DNA of 63,281 nt, counting the filler, from Choristocarpus tenellus KU-1152 (Eukaryota > Protista > Phaeophyceae), in the NCBI GenBank assembly GCA_964200185.2. It is 11 parts of 11 records of this genome, joined end to end, with 100 filler letters (N's around TTAATTAATTAA, not from the genome) between each part and the next. Parts side by side here need not be neighbours in the genome. Positions count along the whole stretch, not along the records: positions 24,958 to 43,482 come from CAXNAD020000543.1; positions 43,583 to 49,254 come from CAXNAD020010060.1; positions 49,355 to 52,306 come from CAXNAD020023412.1; 8 more parts are not named here. One strand, given 5' to 3'. This document shows positions 35,851-49,699 of the stretch, in pieces. Numbering within the stretch: the first letter of the stretch is position 1; the number at the start of each line of letters is the position of its first letter. Under the pieces are notes generated by a model that worked only from the letters and a program-made list of their open reading frames with translations, was not told the origin of the DNA and searched no databases. The position numbers and the translations under genes are program-made.

Positions 35851-38491
35851 TGGTGCCAACAAGAAGAAGAGTAAAACGTCCATTGCGACATCACTTTCTG
35901 TTCCTGAAACAAGCGGAAGTTTTTTTTCTTCATAGAAGAGCAGCATTTTTGCTGTGATAGGTCATGTTTGCCAAGTCCCTTTTGAGTTTTTTCATTTAGT
36001 CCAGTCAAGTACTTGATTCATAACAAGGCGAATGAGACCCTGGTGAACTGAACAACCCAAGCTGTGATTCTATTGTGGAATGCCATGGTCCATCAGTCAT
36101 CAGTAGCTCCTACTCTTGTGAGTGCCAATGGATCCCTGGGGCGGATCATGGAAGAACAACTACCTTGCTTGAAAGTGGACCATGTGGCATTGTGTGGGGG
36201 GTATCCACCAGGAAGTGATATGTCTATTGGTAGTAATTAATGTGTATGTATAACACCAGGGTATACTATTATTGTGCTAGACAATTAGAGTGTAAGTGAC
36301 AATTTTCTAATCTAGGCTGCTGTACCTCAGCTGCTAGGATGGTATCAAGGGTAGTATAGAGGTCTGATCATTATTATGTTGCCCAACAAGGAGGCCCGCC
36401 ATGACGAGTCATTGATGTTTCAGCAACCAGACTTTCTCGTCTTGTAAAACTTTTCTATAACTTTCATTTGTAGGTCTTAACATGTTAACTTGCTTTCTGC
36501 AAAACAAAGTACTGTGTTGTTGTTAGGTCATCCTTTTGTACCCTCAAATCATTTCTGCATTTTCAGATGTAATATTTCCAAAATATTGCATTAGCTTCAT
36601 TGCCAAGAGCAACCTGACGGTAGGCTGGCCTTAGAAGAACTAAGAATGATTTAGAAACATGAGCTACACACAGCCTTGCACAACTATCCTGGGTTGTGCT
36701 GACTTGGTTGCAGGCAGCAGTTTCAGGGTTCCTACTATCAACAGTGCCTTTTGTTATTTAACTCTTATGTTTGCGCAAGAGCAATAATTTGTTTAACTCC
36801 AAAACATTACGTTGGATTATTGGACCTATGGTTGGAAGGCAAATTTTTATCCCAGGAAAATTTGAAAATCATGATTTGGAGGCCAAGGAAAGGCTAAGTC
36901 AGTGACCTGACAAGAAAATCATGGCAAGCGCATCTTGCCCCATGCTGCTAGCAAAGTTGAGGAGAGAGGGTTGTGTGACAAAATGGAGCTGAAGGTACGA
37001 ACTTCCGACTGATGTAGCAACTGTATGTTTGTTGCCAAAGCAGCATGTAGAATGAATGTTTAATAATGTAACCTCTAGGTTACATAAGATGATGTGGACA
37101 GGAAGGAAGGGTACTGAAAACACAGTGTCCGCTTCCCTTTTCACTGAACACCTTGACAGTTACATCCAATCACGCTGTCTGTACACTCTATTCTTCAGAC
37201 AAGGCACTGCAGAACCCCCATGCACCCGAAGGGCAAGCACTCACATGTTAGTGAGTGAAGAGCTGAGCAAGCAGGGGTTGACAAATTGAGCACCAAATAC
37301 ACTACTCCAAACCCTGCAAGGGCTATGTTGCCTGTCAACATAGAGAGGAGTAACTGAGTGCAAGCATAGAAAAACAAAGAACATGCTTGTCCCCAAGGAA
37401 GAAAGCACCTCATTACTAAAGGTCACTAGTAACCCAAAGCTCAAGTATTGAGTTACTTTTAAAATGAGCAAAAAGCTGAGGGTTATGATTGAAATCTTTT
37501 GAACTCACAGCAGGGACAGGGTCAGCACACTCACTATCTTCCCCCATTGGCAGGCATGTACGTAGCCACAATAGAAGATGCCCCAGGGGTATTGTCCTAA
37601 ATTAACAATCTGCCTCATTTATAGGGATCTCCTGCAGCCTAAACATTTAAAAATGTTCCTGATCACTCAAGTCTCATGACCAGAAACCGTCTGAGAAACT
37701 AAACTACTGTAGGAGCACCACCCAAGTCTTGAGGACAGGGCTCAATACTATGCTTCTTCAACAGCAACCTTCTGTCCAATATCAGTACAATTGAGTTGAT
37801 TGTTTAGAACACATTGAAACAAACAAACACTCCATCAAAGTCAAGCTCACTATGTGGTGCAACAATTGATGCTTTCATGTATTTCCAAACACAAATAGTC
37901 CCCACAAAGTTTGTCATGCCATTGTTAAATGATTTTCAAGTACTGCCACACATATCTAATGAACTCTCCCATAAATTTACATCACCTTCCTACTACATTT
38001 CATAGAGTAGCCTCCGTTATGTAGTCAATGGCAAGAGCCAGACCCTGAGCCCCTCCCGAAATGATTCGCACCCATACTTGCACTAATACCATGAGCTTAA
38101 TCAAACCAAAGATCAAGCATGCAAGATGTGAAGCCAAATAGGGCTAACAGAACTACTCACAAACAAGAAAACTCTTGATAGGTGTCTAACTTTGCCTACA
38201 ACTCAACAAGTTGACACCATCCGACAGACGTTCAGCTAGGCACTGCGAAAAGTAACAAGGGCTGCCCATACGTGAACAATCCTTCTGCTTGCCCTCCCCC
38301 CCTGCATCTTAGCCCCAGTCCGCTCTCTATGAGAGCCTAGTGATAATCTGCAACCATTTAACAATCACACTGCTCGTCTTTTAGTTCACTCGCAACCAAG
38401 CTTTGACACCACCCCTCTCCTTTCAAATGTGAACCTCTTTCCAAGACAGTAGGGTAGGGAAGTAATGTAGAAGTGTGTTGCAATTGGCAAA

Positions 38492-40732
38492 TCACATGAG
38501 GTCATCATCGTTGTCATCAGAATCCTCTTCCCGGAAATATTCCCTCCTCTTCATTGTCACCCGTGTCTTCTTCTCAGTCTTTGAGCTCACCTGAGGGCAA
38601 AGGTTGAGGTTGGTCAAAGATATCACCTGAAAGGTGTGTCTAGTTGATTAGCAAACTGTGCTGCCTATCACCAACATCACTATCAGTTGAGATTGACACT
38701 CTCAACACAATGGGAGGGGGAAAGATGAACAAAGGCAGATGGCAAATAGCAGCATAGGATCAGAGGGGGCAGGGGAGAGGCCACCTCCAAGGGTTCTGTT
38801 CACTGCTGAACAAGTACCCCAGGAATCAGATACTGCTGATGCAGTTGTACCGTTAAAGCCCAAGGAAAGAGATTGAATTTAACCTGTCATGGCCTACGGG
38901 GCTAGTCATCAGTGAAAGATTCCACCACAACTCTCTATTGCAGCTGCTGTATTTGTTGGAGAACAAGTAGCATTGATGAGGAGAGCTGTGACTTCGACAC
39001 TCAACTCAGAGTATAGTTCCACGTATTCCTTACAGTAGGATCCCCATTGACCCTGCTACTAGGTATGTCAATTGAATAAACACTAGTCCTTACCATCCAA
39101 GATTGTCTGGAGAGATTGAGTGCTCTACAAAAAGAAACAAAAAAATTAGACCTCTGCGCAATACAAACAAAAAGGTGACAGGATAGGTGAAGAGCAAAGC
39201 CATCTCACGAATTTTTGTGGATGGTTGTGGCATTCATATTTGGACAAGAGGCCTTGAATGGGGTTATGTGCCCAAAGGAGTATCCATCGCATGCATCACA
39301 AGAGAAAAAAATAGAGAGTCATCGTTATTGCAAACAGAGTCACTAGCCAACACCCCATTTTCCTACACTGCATGGAGTGTGCTTACTATATAGCACAACA
39401 CACGACAAGTGCATCTGAGATTTAAATATTTCTCTGTCTGATGAGTTCAAATCAATTTCTCCAATTTCCAGGTTGCTTTAGGTGAAAGCTGAGTCATTTC
39501 GAGGGGTACAAAAAAGTGCACCTGTAGCCAATGACGCAGGAATACTGCACTTGCATGCAGCATACTGCCCCAAACAGACTATGGCAAGTGATAGCTTGGA
39601 TTGTACTACATGCACAAGCTTTTATTAAAAATATGAATATATATGAGTTGAAAAATGAACCATTGAAAAATGTTCAAATCGAAATTTGGCGTAATCCTCA
39701 TATACTGTTTTTAACTAAGGTGCGAAAGTCCTGTCCTAAACTATTGATCCACTGCATGATAGAGGTTATGGCATACCAAGTATCCATGTGAAGTAGTATA
39801 AGGGAGGAATGACAGAAGGATTAATCCTCTCTCCACTAGCTGCGCATAGAATAGAATGAGCGCTCACCTGTTCCAACATCTGGATTAATTGGTCCTCCGT
39901 CACCTTCCCCCCTAAGCGCCCACTCTTCGCAGCATTGATGAGCATATCCTCGACACCTCTCGCCTTCTCTGCCTTCACCATTGCTGACCAGTCAACCACA
40001 GGGTAGGTCAAACCACGGAGAGAGTTGACTGGGGTTGTAGTGCAGATGTACAGATCCTTGTATCTCCTCAAGATTTCCGACAGAAGCCGTCTCACAAACT
40101 AGTGACAAAGAAAGCGTAACTATATTCCTGACTTGACTTGACATACACATGCTAAGAAAAAAAGACGATTATGCAGCGACATCGTCTTTGCTTGACAGAA
40201 AAAACATCCTCAGTGTGGCGCAGCACTCCTGGAACAGCCATATATACCGTTGATACCCATGAGAACAACCTGACACGAGTTGCCAATGAGGGATTTTACC
40301 CTCTGCATCTTTCGCACTAGTTGGAAAGGGCAAACCCTATAACCCACCGATCGTGCTCAGCCGTAACTTAGCCTCCGAGGTCATGATCTGGTCGAGTATG
40401 CTTTTTCGTCGTTCCTCCTCCTCTGCTTGCTATGATGAGCATGGACATCAAAATGCAGTTCCAGCATTGCACAGCAACCAAATTAAAACTAGAGTAAGCG
40501 ATGGCCTATTATGCAAGAAATTAGAAATAGTCATTGACAACCAACTCTGGGGCATAGGTGGGGACATTGCTGTAACCCCTGTATCAACGAAGTTTCTGAA
40601 GATGTTGAGGAAATTACAGTTTATAGAGCTATTCACCTGTTGCGCTTTCTGCTCCGCACCCCTACCTCCCCCTTGACCTCCTGATGACCATCCAGGTGGA
40701 AGAGCATCAGCAGGTAAACTAGCAGGCTCCAT
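38492..40732 (-). CDS. PDCD5: Programmed cell death protein 5 / dsDNA-binding TFAR19 family; 4 exons, 130 aa
   Basis: Exons 40732-40637, 40429-40348, 39983-39868 and 38590-38492 (393 nt, GT-AG). They give ...QQQAEEEERRKSILDQIMTSEAKLRLSTIAMVKAEKARGVEDMLINAAKSGRLGGKVTEDQLIQMLEQVSSKTEKKTRVTMKRR...DDDLM, the canonical PDCD5 pattern. Confidence 0.95.
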
Positions 40733-40999
40733 AGCACACAAAGATGTTGATCTCAATTGTGAGAGGAGACACTACCCAACCAAGTCCTTTCTTGTATTGA
40801 AACGTATTGATACGGTAAAAAACCATGGTAATTGAAAAAATCAAAATCAGTGGGGGAGGTTGAAGTAGTTGCATAAGAAAATAGTGTGCAGGGAGCAGGA
40901 AGGTAGTGTGCAGGGAGTAGGACGGAACTGGAGGTCGGCTACTGAGGCTCGCAGGAATCGCTATTCCCCTTTTTGGATGAATGGGGCGTAAAAAACTAT

Positions 41000-42360
41000 A
41001 GTCCAGATCGGGAGAACAACGAAGTAAACCACAAGCCCCACCTGTTGTGCCTCACCACCCCCAAGGTGTTGAGCAACTTCCAGACAACTTTTGACCGTCA
41101 GTACGGGCATCTTAAGCAGTTATCTGAATGACTCATCCTTCCTCGCCCGCACGATTGGTTCTACAGCAGTAGGATCGTTCCGATAACTCAATACGGATCT
41201 GTACTGGGTCTGTACTGGGTGGGAATCCTCCTCGTTATGGAGGAGACCTACAAGTTTCCCCTCCAGGGTCACCAGCATTAGCAATCAGAGGTGGATCTCC
41301 AGGCCACAGGGAGCATCAAACTTGCTCCAGATCCCATTGGTTTTGTCGCCCTAGGTGCTCCTATGGAGATGAACACCTTCGTCCAGGACAATATGGAGTT
41401 TATCAGATTCTACGTTGCAGCCGGTGGACAACACATAGAGGATCATGGAGTTGGCATAATAAACTAAGGAACTAGATATTTTGGAGGGAGACTGTAAAAT
41501 GTTTTTTTCCACTGGAATACACACCAGTAGATCCAAGCCCGGATGTCAACTATTGCATGTAGACTTGGCCTGTTCTCCATGATCCATTGCCAACAAGAAG
41601 CTTTTGTAGGATCGTTAGCAGCCACCCTCTTCACCCTCCTAGTAAGACACCAAGGAGCCTCCGCGAGGAATCCACCATGATGACTCTTTGCACCAGCCCT
41701 GCCATGTAGGCTCTGGGAGCAACAGTCTTCTGCAATGGCTTTAGCACGACACAGGAGTCAGTGTGGGGAAGGGATCAATGTGTAGACGACCACTCAACCT
41801 CCTCAAGTCAGCAAGGTGTGTCCCTTGTCCAGAATTCTGCCTAACGGTGAACCTGTCTTTAGTGTTCGAGGAGACATTGTCCAACCGCTGCCCAGTAACT
41901 GGATATAGAAGACAAGGTGTGGAGATTAGACATTCTTGCACATGCCCCAGAGCTGGAGGACTTGTGCGGCAGCACACCACTGTGGTCAGGTAACTAGGCA
42001 GCGTCTGCAGGCAAATGGGCATCCCTTAGGAGGATAGAAGACCCTTCACTAGTGGCCAGAATTTCCGTATGGATGCCGCATTCTATACTTGGGAACCGTC
42101 CAACTCAACCACTGCTCCTTACTAGAAAAAGGGTCTACAACTAGATATGTCTAAGTGAACTGCTACCTGCAAGACTGATCTACGAACATTAACTGTGTCC
42201 CTACAGCTGCAGGTGAGGCCAAGAAGCGCGAATACTACAAGGGATCTTGACCCTTGTAGTGTTAACCTCGACATCTTTACAGGAGATATCCTCGGGCATC
42301 TAGGCACACAGGCAGAGCGATTTCTGCATGAGCTGGCGACTCATATGTGTGTAGTAGGTG
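41000..42360 (+). mobile_element. Decayed copy of the CRE-type non-LTR retrotransposon, including its C-terminal end
   Basis: ETLSNRCPVTGYRRQGVEIRHSCTCPRAGGLVRQHT parallels 60095-60205 (ETLSNRCPVAGCRRQNVDTRHARTCPGAGGQVQQHT). It continues to GHLGTQAERFLHELA. Confidence 0.85.
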
Positions 42361-43426
42361 GTAGGGGGGCTGTGGGGTTTGGGGAGGGAGCAGTGAAGCC
42401 ACTATTTGTTTATTTTATTCTTTCTCTCTACATAACATCTACATTGATATGTTGGGGGACATAATAACATGCGATCAAGTATCTTCTTGCTTCCTCTGTA
42501 ACACCTTTAAAATTATGTCAGTGAGCATAATATTTTATAGAGCTAGTATATATTGTTATGTCCCACTAACATTTTGCAGATGTTGTTATTGTAGGGAAAA
42601 CAAATATTACAACAGTAACAACAACAATGGAGTGCATGTTTCATACTGAAAAGTCATTTGGATATACCAGGAAGAGTCGATGTGCATTTGGAAACAATCA
42701 ATCAAACTACTAAGACAACTATAGTTGAAACTGCTCCTTAACCTCGCACTACGAAGAAGAAGTTCTAGAAGCAAAGGAAGAGTCCCACCAGTCAGGCAAG
42801 CCCTGTCTAGCCCACCGATCCGGTGTGTTCCAGTTTAAATTTCATCACATGCCTGGAGATTGCTATTTGTGCAATGACTAGCACAATCTTTCACGAATGT
42901 GCCTTCACTGCTCCCTTCCGAATAAAACCATCAGTCACTGTACCACCCACTATGATTGCCAGCTCATCATAATTGCCAGCTCATCCAGGAGTTGCTCTAC
43001 TTGTGTGGCAAGGTGGCCGAAACTTTCCACCACAAATTTGTTGAGTGAAGGTAGAACTGCACGGGTTAACGATCACTCCTAGCGGTTGAGCATTCTTTTT
43101 TGTATCACCCAATACAAGATATTCAGCACACGAAAATTTGGTTCCAAAGGATGCTAACTGCACGAGATCATCAGCCCTCATTTATAGAATTTTCGTCATA
43201 CTTATGCAGTATAATTTACAGATGCGTGCACGGCAGGCTTCTTCCCTTCGCACATTATTGCCGCATGCAATTGGCTTCAATAGACCGAAAAATATTTTTA
43301 AAAACGGAACAGGGTTTCCACACCTTGGGAGGTGTTTAAAAGTATCAATCATGGGATTTCTCCACACCCTATGGCAACTTTCATATACCATACGTGCTTC
43401 CAGACACATTTGACATCTTGGGCTTT

Positions 43427-43482
43427 GGCTCGAAGTATCTGGGAGGGGGGGAGGGGTCTACACCAGGGTGTCCATTTTGGAC
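43427..43482. mobile_element. MITE family B end, cut at contig end
   Basis: ggctcgaagtatctgggagggggggaggggtctacaccagggtgtccattttggac is the reverse complement of the right arm of 5604-5778. Confidence 0.85.
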
Positions 43483-43599
43483 NNNNNNNNNNNNNNNNNN
43501 NNNNNNNNNNNNNNNNNNNNNNNNNNTTAATTAATTAANNNNNNNNNNNNNNNNNNNNNNNNNNNNNNNNNNNNNNNNNNNNATGCCCCATTGTCATCT

Positions 43600-43929
43600 C
43601 CATGTCACCTGTGAAAGGTCAATGAAAAAGCTCTCGCGTTTTTTGAAGAAGTGCGGGCTGCAAAGCTTCCACCCAATCGAGCTACCCTCCAGACACTAGG
43701 ACGGAAGGCGAGAGATCAGCTCCTCAGCAGTGCGAAGTCCGACAAAGAATGCCAGCGGCTCAGCGAATTCGATGCAAGCGATCACTGGGTTACAAATTTT
43801 GTCACCTGCAACAATCTCAAAAGTATGTTACTCCATGGTGAAGTGGGCAGCGTCGACGAAGAAGCTATTGCAGATGGAATGGCGACTGTCCGCAAAGAGT
43901 GTGAAAAGTTCGACCCGGATAATGATTAG
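43600..43929 (+). pseudogene. pogo/Tigger-like transposase fragment (CENP-B/Tc5 HTH region)
   Basis: FEEVRAAKLP...KARDQL...FDASDHWVTNFVTCNNLKSMLLHGEVGSVD...KFDPDN matches the FxASxGWLxxFxxR..LHGExxSVD pattern. Confidence 0.8.
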
Positions 43930-44136
43930 CTCAACGATTATGATTACCACGATTACTAGTCATAGTCGTCAGATGTGTGCAATCCTGCTTTAAAAATTCT
44001 CCCGATATTGTATCATTTGGCACATAGTCGGATGCCCGGTTTTGTACCAAGTGGTGCAAAATCCCGTTTTGTACCACATCAACTTTGTTCCTCTTTTTTC
44101 GGGCATGCCGATGAGTGAACAATATCGGGTACCCCA

Positions 44137-44246
44137 ATGTACTCCGAAAATTTTTAGAATAGGAAAATGTTGTACAAAAACATGGGAAGCCAAGCCCTAA
44201 ATGGACAAACAAGGCAAAACTCGTACCCTCTAACATACTTTCACTC
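44137..44246. mobile_element. MITE family A right arm
   Basis: ...catgggaagccaagccctaaatggacaaacaaggcaaaactcgtaccctctaacatactttcactc matches 51018-51084. Confidence 0.85.
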
Positions 44247-45050
44247 TTGATGGAGATGTCAACCTCGTATTTCTCGCCCTTCATGTGCTGTGCTGTAGTC
44301 TGTTGTGCCTCCTTCATGATGCAAACCCGCCAGATCCCGATCTTGTTATTGAAATCATGGGAAGGATCAGGGCGCGAAACCGCAGAGATGAACATCACTT
44401 TGGGAATGCGATTCTTGTTATGCTGTACCTTTGTCGAGTCCAGCTTTTCCTCCCTCAGGACATGCCCACCATCTCTTGTTCGTGGATGAGATAGAACCAA
44501 AAATCGTTGATGTGAATGTGTTGTGAGGCCAGTGTCCTGTGGGATTTGTGGTTGTGGAAGATCTGGTTGAGGATGAAGTCCACACTGCTCTTGTGAGAAA
44601 ACGAAAGGCTAGGGGTGACATGCCGCTGAACCCTCCGTTGCCCCCATGACTTCACGCCAGCGATGGAGCTTTGAGCTGCTGACTGTGACGCCCGCTTCGG
44701 CGAGCTTGGCTGAAAGTTGGTCAATAATCAGTGTGCGATTACTGTCATTCATTTTCTGGATCTTTGCTTGTTTCGTTGGGACAAAGTCTGAATGCTGTTC
44801 ATATCATGCTTGTGATTTCAGGGAGACAGTATTCCTTCTGTCGAACTGTTCTTTGACGCATGCCCACACTTGTCTAGGGTGTTTTTCTCCCATTCCAAAC
44901 TCTTTCGCCAATTTAGACTCCACACCCCTCAGGAGCCTCTCGTGACCCAGAGGAAGAGCCAATGCGTAACGCAGAGCAAGTGTAATCCGACCTTTCTTGA
45001 TCAGCTGTGGGCTTCATTCCGGGGATGACGACCTATGGGGGCTCACCATG
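44247..45050 (-). mobile_element. DD39D-type mariner transposase relic, truncated by a family A MITE
   Basis: Minus-strand PSLSFSHKSSVDFI, HIHINDFWFY and RIPKVMFISAVSRPD..FNNKIGIW. Confidence 0.8.
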
Positions 45051-46278
45051 GGGGTTGTGAGACTCCACGCTGCAACAGGAACATTAAAAAATGACAAGCA
45101 TATGCCCCATTCTGTGGTCCGTTCTTTCGGAACCATTTCAGTACATATTTCTTTGAGATTTCGTTTTTTTGGTAAAATCTTCCAAGGAATCCAAGGCAAA
45201 AGTCCGTTTTATAATTGGAGGTCATCCTGGAGAGCTACAACTTAACAGCCCAGACCTATGGGACAGAGGGAGTGCAACGACTTGTCTAAACTAGACAGTC
45301 AACATACGTAAAGGATTGTGATATGTGGGTAACATAAGATCTTGGTTAAGACACACAAATCATATATAGATCGGTGAGGATCTGTACCGGACATCCAAGA
45401 ATCTTTCTGCTTCGGCCATATGCTACACCATTACGGCAATGCATGAGATATAGACCATACGAAGGAAAATGTTGTATCAGTGAACACGAATGATCAAATC
45501 AACATTGCATGGGATGATAATTTTACTAATTATATATTCCATTTACTGAATATCACAGGAGGGTCCATAGCCACAAAGACCAAGGCCCTAGATAAGGGTC
45601 CATTACCACAAATACTAGATAATATTTGTGGACAAACGATGACAAGTACCTGGTCTGTCCAATAACTGGATGGGAGACTTCATCGTCTACGTCCGCCAAT
45701 GGTAATGGTTTGACCCGTTTTTCATTCCAATTCAGGTTATTAACCTTTGCAATTCACCCACATTTCTACAGATGAAGTTGATTTCTCTATTGTTTGTTTC
45801 GACATAATTCAGAAAATATCCAAAATATATCCGTAAGAATAGACGAACATTGGACATATTTGTCAGCATCCTTAAAATGCAACTCTGGTTACCTCTCGCT
45901 TACTTTGACTCTTTCCTATCAAAAAATAAAGTTCATTCAAGTTCGGTGTGTGGGAAGTTGGACTCGAGGATAGTAACCTTTCATTCTACACAGAGGAACG
46001 GAAAACAAACCTGGGTTTTCCTGGGAATACAACCCTGTTCAAGATGGACGAGTGCAAGGTTCGAAGGTTAGGAACATTAGGAGACTTCTATGTGTCGATA
46101 TGTGGTGCGAAGTAGGTATTTTGTATCGGAAAAAGAAGTTTAACATTGGAGTGTATATATATTTTTTATACTGGAATGTTGGCATTGTCTGTAAATCGAA
46201 GATGGACCTCCTTGTGAGATTTGCGAATTTCTGATGTGATGTGTACTGATTTTTGCCTTTTTTTTTTCGTCGCGTATA

Positions 46279-46482
46279 TCACGCCTCCCCCCCGAATGCC
46301 TCCAACACCTCTGCCACCACATACAATGACCCCGTACAGAGGATATCGATGCTATCCAAGCATTTAGGGGGATCTTTTTCTCCCTCTCGACTGCAGATGA
46401 AGGCGTTCTTGAGCTCTTCTACTGTTCCTATCCTGGTTAAGCTACGTCTCACCCCACAGAAGTCCTGGAGTGATAACCACAC
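46279..46482 (-). CDS. Terminal exon of a folylpolyglutamate synthase / dihydrofolate synthase-like gene
   Basis: Acceptor ctgaatag, then VWLSLQD...IDILCTGSLYVVAEVLEAFGGEA*. The (V/I)LxTGSL(Y/H)xVxxVL C-terminal motif is typical of FolC/FPGS. Upstream exons were not resolved. Confidence 0.65.
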   Translation of the reverse strand: MWLSLQDFCGVRRSLTRIGTVEELKNAFICSREGEKDPPKCLDSIDILCTGSLYVVAEVLEAFGGEA

Positions 46483-48623
46483 CTATTCAGATGAGGGCAG
46501 GGGGTGATGGGGGGTGGGGAAACTTGATTCTTGATAATTAGGGTATGTTGCAGCGATTATCAGTATTTATTGTGATAAGTCGTTCGTATCCTTGTAGGTA
46601 TATGGATGGCAAATTCTGCTCAAAAGTACCCTTTTTGTCCTTGCAAATGTATGCTGTTAGTACACTTTGATTCAACGGAGCTAGTTCATTGAAAGCTCTT
46701 GATCAGAAAAAAAAAATTGTGCTCTGAAATTTCCCTTGCCTTTGAATGAATGCAAGTGAGGACATTGAAAGAAAAACAGTTGAGTATGCTGAGCCTTTAT
46801 AAAAATTGGTTCTTGCGAAGAGACACACTGCACCTTCAAAATAAAAATAAAGGGAGTAGTGTCCATGAGATGATGTGTCATGATCAGAGTGCGCCCCTGG
46901 TTTGAATTTCAGAATAAAAAAAATAGACCTCAATAGACTCTGCCGGTGGTCAGATCAATGAGATAGCACTAGTCAGCTTGCATTTACAACTAAAAGCATG
47001 GCGTATTTCATATTGTGAGCGTCAGCTGCATCATTGTGCTGATTATCTCACACGTACTGAATGCCAATCTTTCTGTGTCGATGTGTGTGACCCGGAGGCA
47101 CACATAGTAAGTCATTGTGAGTTGTGAGTTGGACAAGCTTAGGTGGGAAAAAGTATTACACCCGTGGAGAAGGAGCCTCGACCTGTTTGGGATACTCAAA
47201 AAGCATTGTCGGTTGAATCACAAGCAAAAAAATATGAAGACACAGGGTTCCCAGCCAGCAGTGAGAGCAATGGGCATTGATGTTGGACCTCGTAGGACAG
47301 GATGTGAAAAAAACGTAAAACGTAAATGATCGAGTTGTATTCCTAGAAAGGTGGGTTGTGACACGATCTCAACCGCACAAAAAATAAGAATTATTGTTGC
47401 CAAAGGACCACCTCGCCATGACAACTGAGGCGATTCGGTGAATATTCATTACAAACTGCTGAAAAAAAATGACTGCAATTACAAACTATGAAAAGACCCC
47501 CCCCCCCCCTCCCCCCCCTGCAATGCTTCATTCTTATTGTTCTGCATTTAGACAACAAACCACAACACAAGTGCTTCAGAGGGGCATTACGAACCCTAAC
47601 CCTAAGCCAGGATAACAAAAAAAAGAAGGGTAAGGCGGGTTGGAACCACAACTAACGATCTAATCACTCCAGCCCAGAGTTCATGCACTCTGGAAAAAAA
47701 AAGATTAAGTTCGGTGTGAGGGTTTTACAAGCTCATATTTGTTTCTATGTTTCATCTAGAAAGGGAGGGAGTAGAGAGGGATTTACTTGCGCCTTCAAGT
47801 GAAAAAAAAGAAAGAGGTGAAAATAACCCCAGAGAGATTAATCACTTGGGGGAAGCAGTGCCCGCAGTAGGGGGGCTACAGGAAAAAAATGGATATCTGC
47901 TCCTATCATTTTGCTTTGCAAGTCTTGGAAAATGTGTGATTTGCTAGATGGGATGATCAAGGCTGAAAAGTGGGACCATTCTGGTTTGATTACATCTATT
48001 CCAAAACCAAAAAAGATACTGAGCATGCAGTTGAGCACAATGCTGATAACAATGGACTCCCGATATATTTGCCAGCAGTGAGACCTATTGCGCTAACCAC
48101 ATACATACATGTGTATATGTATGTATGTATGTGTGTGTGTATGTGTATATACACATGTATGAAAATAACAAAAAAAGTATGCACTTGGAGTGCTACACAC
48201 CTTTCTACACCACAGGCATCTGACCTAACCCTACGCCTTAGTCATGAGATAAGAAAGTACACCACTACTAATTCCATACTATACTGTTGTTGTCCACAAG
48301 GGAGGGGGGGGAGGGGAAAGAAGAAAAAATATCCTGAACAATAATAAAAATATCACTTTTATTTTCTTCTTCACGTGCTATTCGTTTTTTCATTGAAACT
48401 GAAAAATAACATGAGCAATGCCAACACACCACTTCAACATCATTAGGCAACAGTGGCTTAAACCTCCCACAAAACACACAAAGCGTCAATTGCATTCCCA
48501 CAATTGGGAAAAAACGGTCTTGAGACACACTCTAAACAGCAAAAAACAAAGCGAAAAATCATCGCTGCTCAAAGAACAGGTGGCACAATCCTCCCAAGGA
48601 TCGGTAACGCATCAACTGCAATA

Positions 48624-48907
48624 GACACAAAGTATCTTATTAAGAGAGGGTAAGAGTCTTGCCCCGTTTGTCTGCTTGGGGCTTGGCTTCCCACTTCTTT
48701 TTTTTATGCCCTTTTACGGTTATCTGTGAAAAAGTGAGAATACAGTTACATAATATATATATATATATATATGGCTATGAAAGATGTGTCCGGAGAAGGA
48801 CATTGGCACTTGTTAACAAACACGATAGTCAAAACCCATCAAAATCACAACATTGGATTGATGACCCCAAACGGACACACGCCCTACCCTCTTAAGTGCC
48901 TTGGGTC
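48624..48907. mobile_element. MITE family A, diverged copy in reverse orientation
   Basis: gacacaaagtatctt...gagggtaagagtcttgccccgtttgtctgcttggggcttggcttccca ... ccctaccctcttaagtgccttgggtc. Confidence 0.8.
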
Positions 48908-49699
48908 ATACTCATAAGAAAATGATAGAGAATGTTGACCTCTGGAAACAGAGATTGCGATCTGAGAGGTCCTCCCACCCTCGGCAACAATTTGTTGAGC
49001 TTGGTTGCTGACCCAAGATCTGGACAAAAGGAGAGGCTTCCCAACCACCAACAGTAGTAGTGATTCGAGTTCACGCTCAGGGACGCGTCTCCAACAGTAT
49101 GTTTGAACATAGTGCAAAAAAAAAATAGTTTGCACCAAAGCGGCGGCTCTCAGTGCTTTTGATTACCAAACCAGAGCACGCAAACGTATTTAATTATTTT
49201 TCAAAAATAAAATACGAATCTTCAGTGCTCCCCCCCCCCCCCCCCCCCCCCCCCNNNNNNNNNNNNNNNNNNNNNNNNNNNNNNNNNNNNNNNNNNNNTT
49301 AATTAATTAANNNNNNNNNNNNNNNNNNNNNNNNNNNNNNNNNNNNNNNNNNNNCCCCGGGAAGCCCCGTCTGTCCTTATACCTTTGGCTTGGTCGAGGA
49401 TGCTTCCAAATCGTTTTGGTGCCCTCCACAAGCACCGAAATAGTCTTGAACAAAAATATATCCCATTCAACAAGGGGCCCTTAAAAAGTGCCGCAACATT
49501 TACAAAAAGAAACATATCGGCACTTTTTCCGCACCATTTTCGGTCAAAACCATCCTCAATTTTTGAAATCCACTGTTAGTGAAAGTTTATGAAATAATCT
49601 GAGTTTTGTGGTGGAAGAATTCTGGTTGGCTGGGGGCACAGGACAAGGGTAGGCAGAGGAAAGAAAAAGAAGGAAGCAGGAAGAGAACGAATAGTTAGG

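Noticed and set aside
26347-40732. EME1 and PDCD5 as a functional DNA-damage gene cluster
   Set aside because: Two convergent housekeeping genes with no shared regulatory evidence. Adjacency alone is not informative.
48940-49019. Candidate upstream exon of the FPGS-like gene
   Set aside because: It has splice-like ends, but I could not establish a frame with convincing FPGS similarity that joins the last exon.
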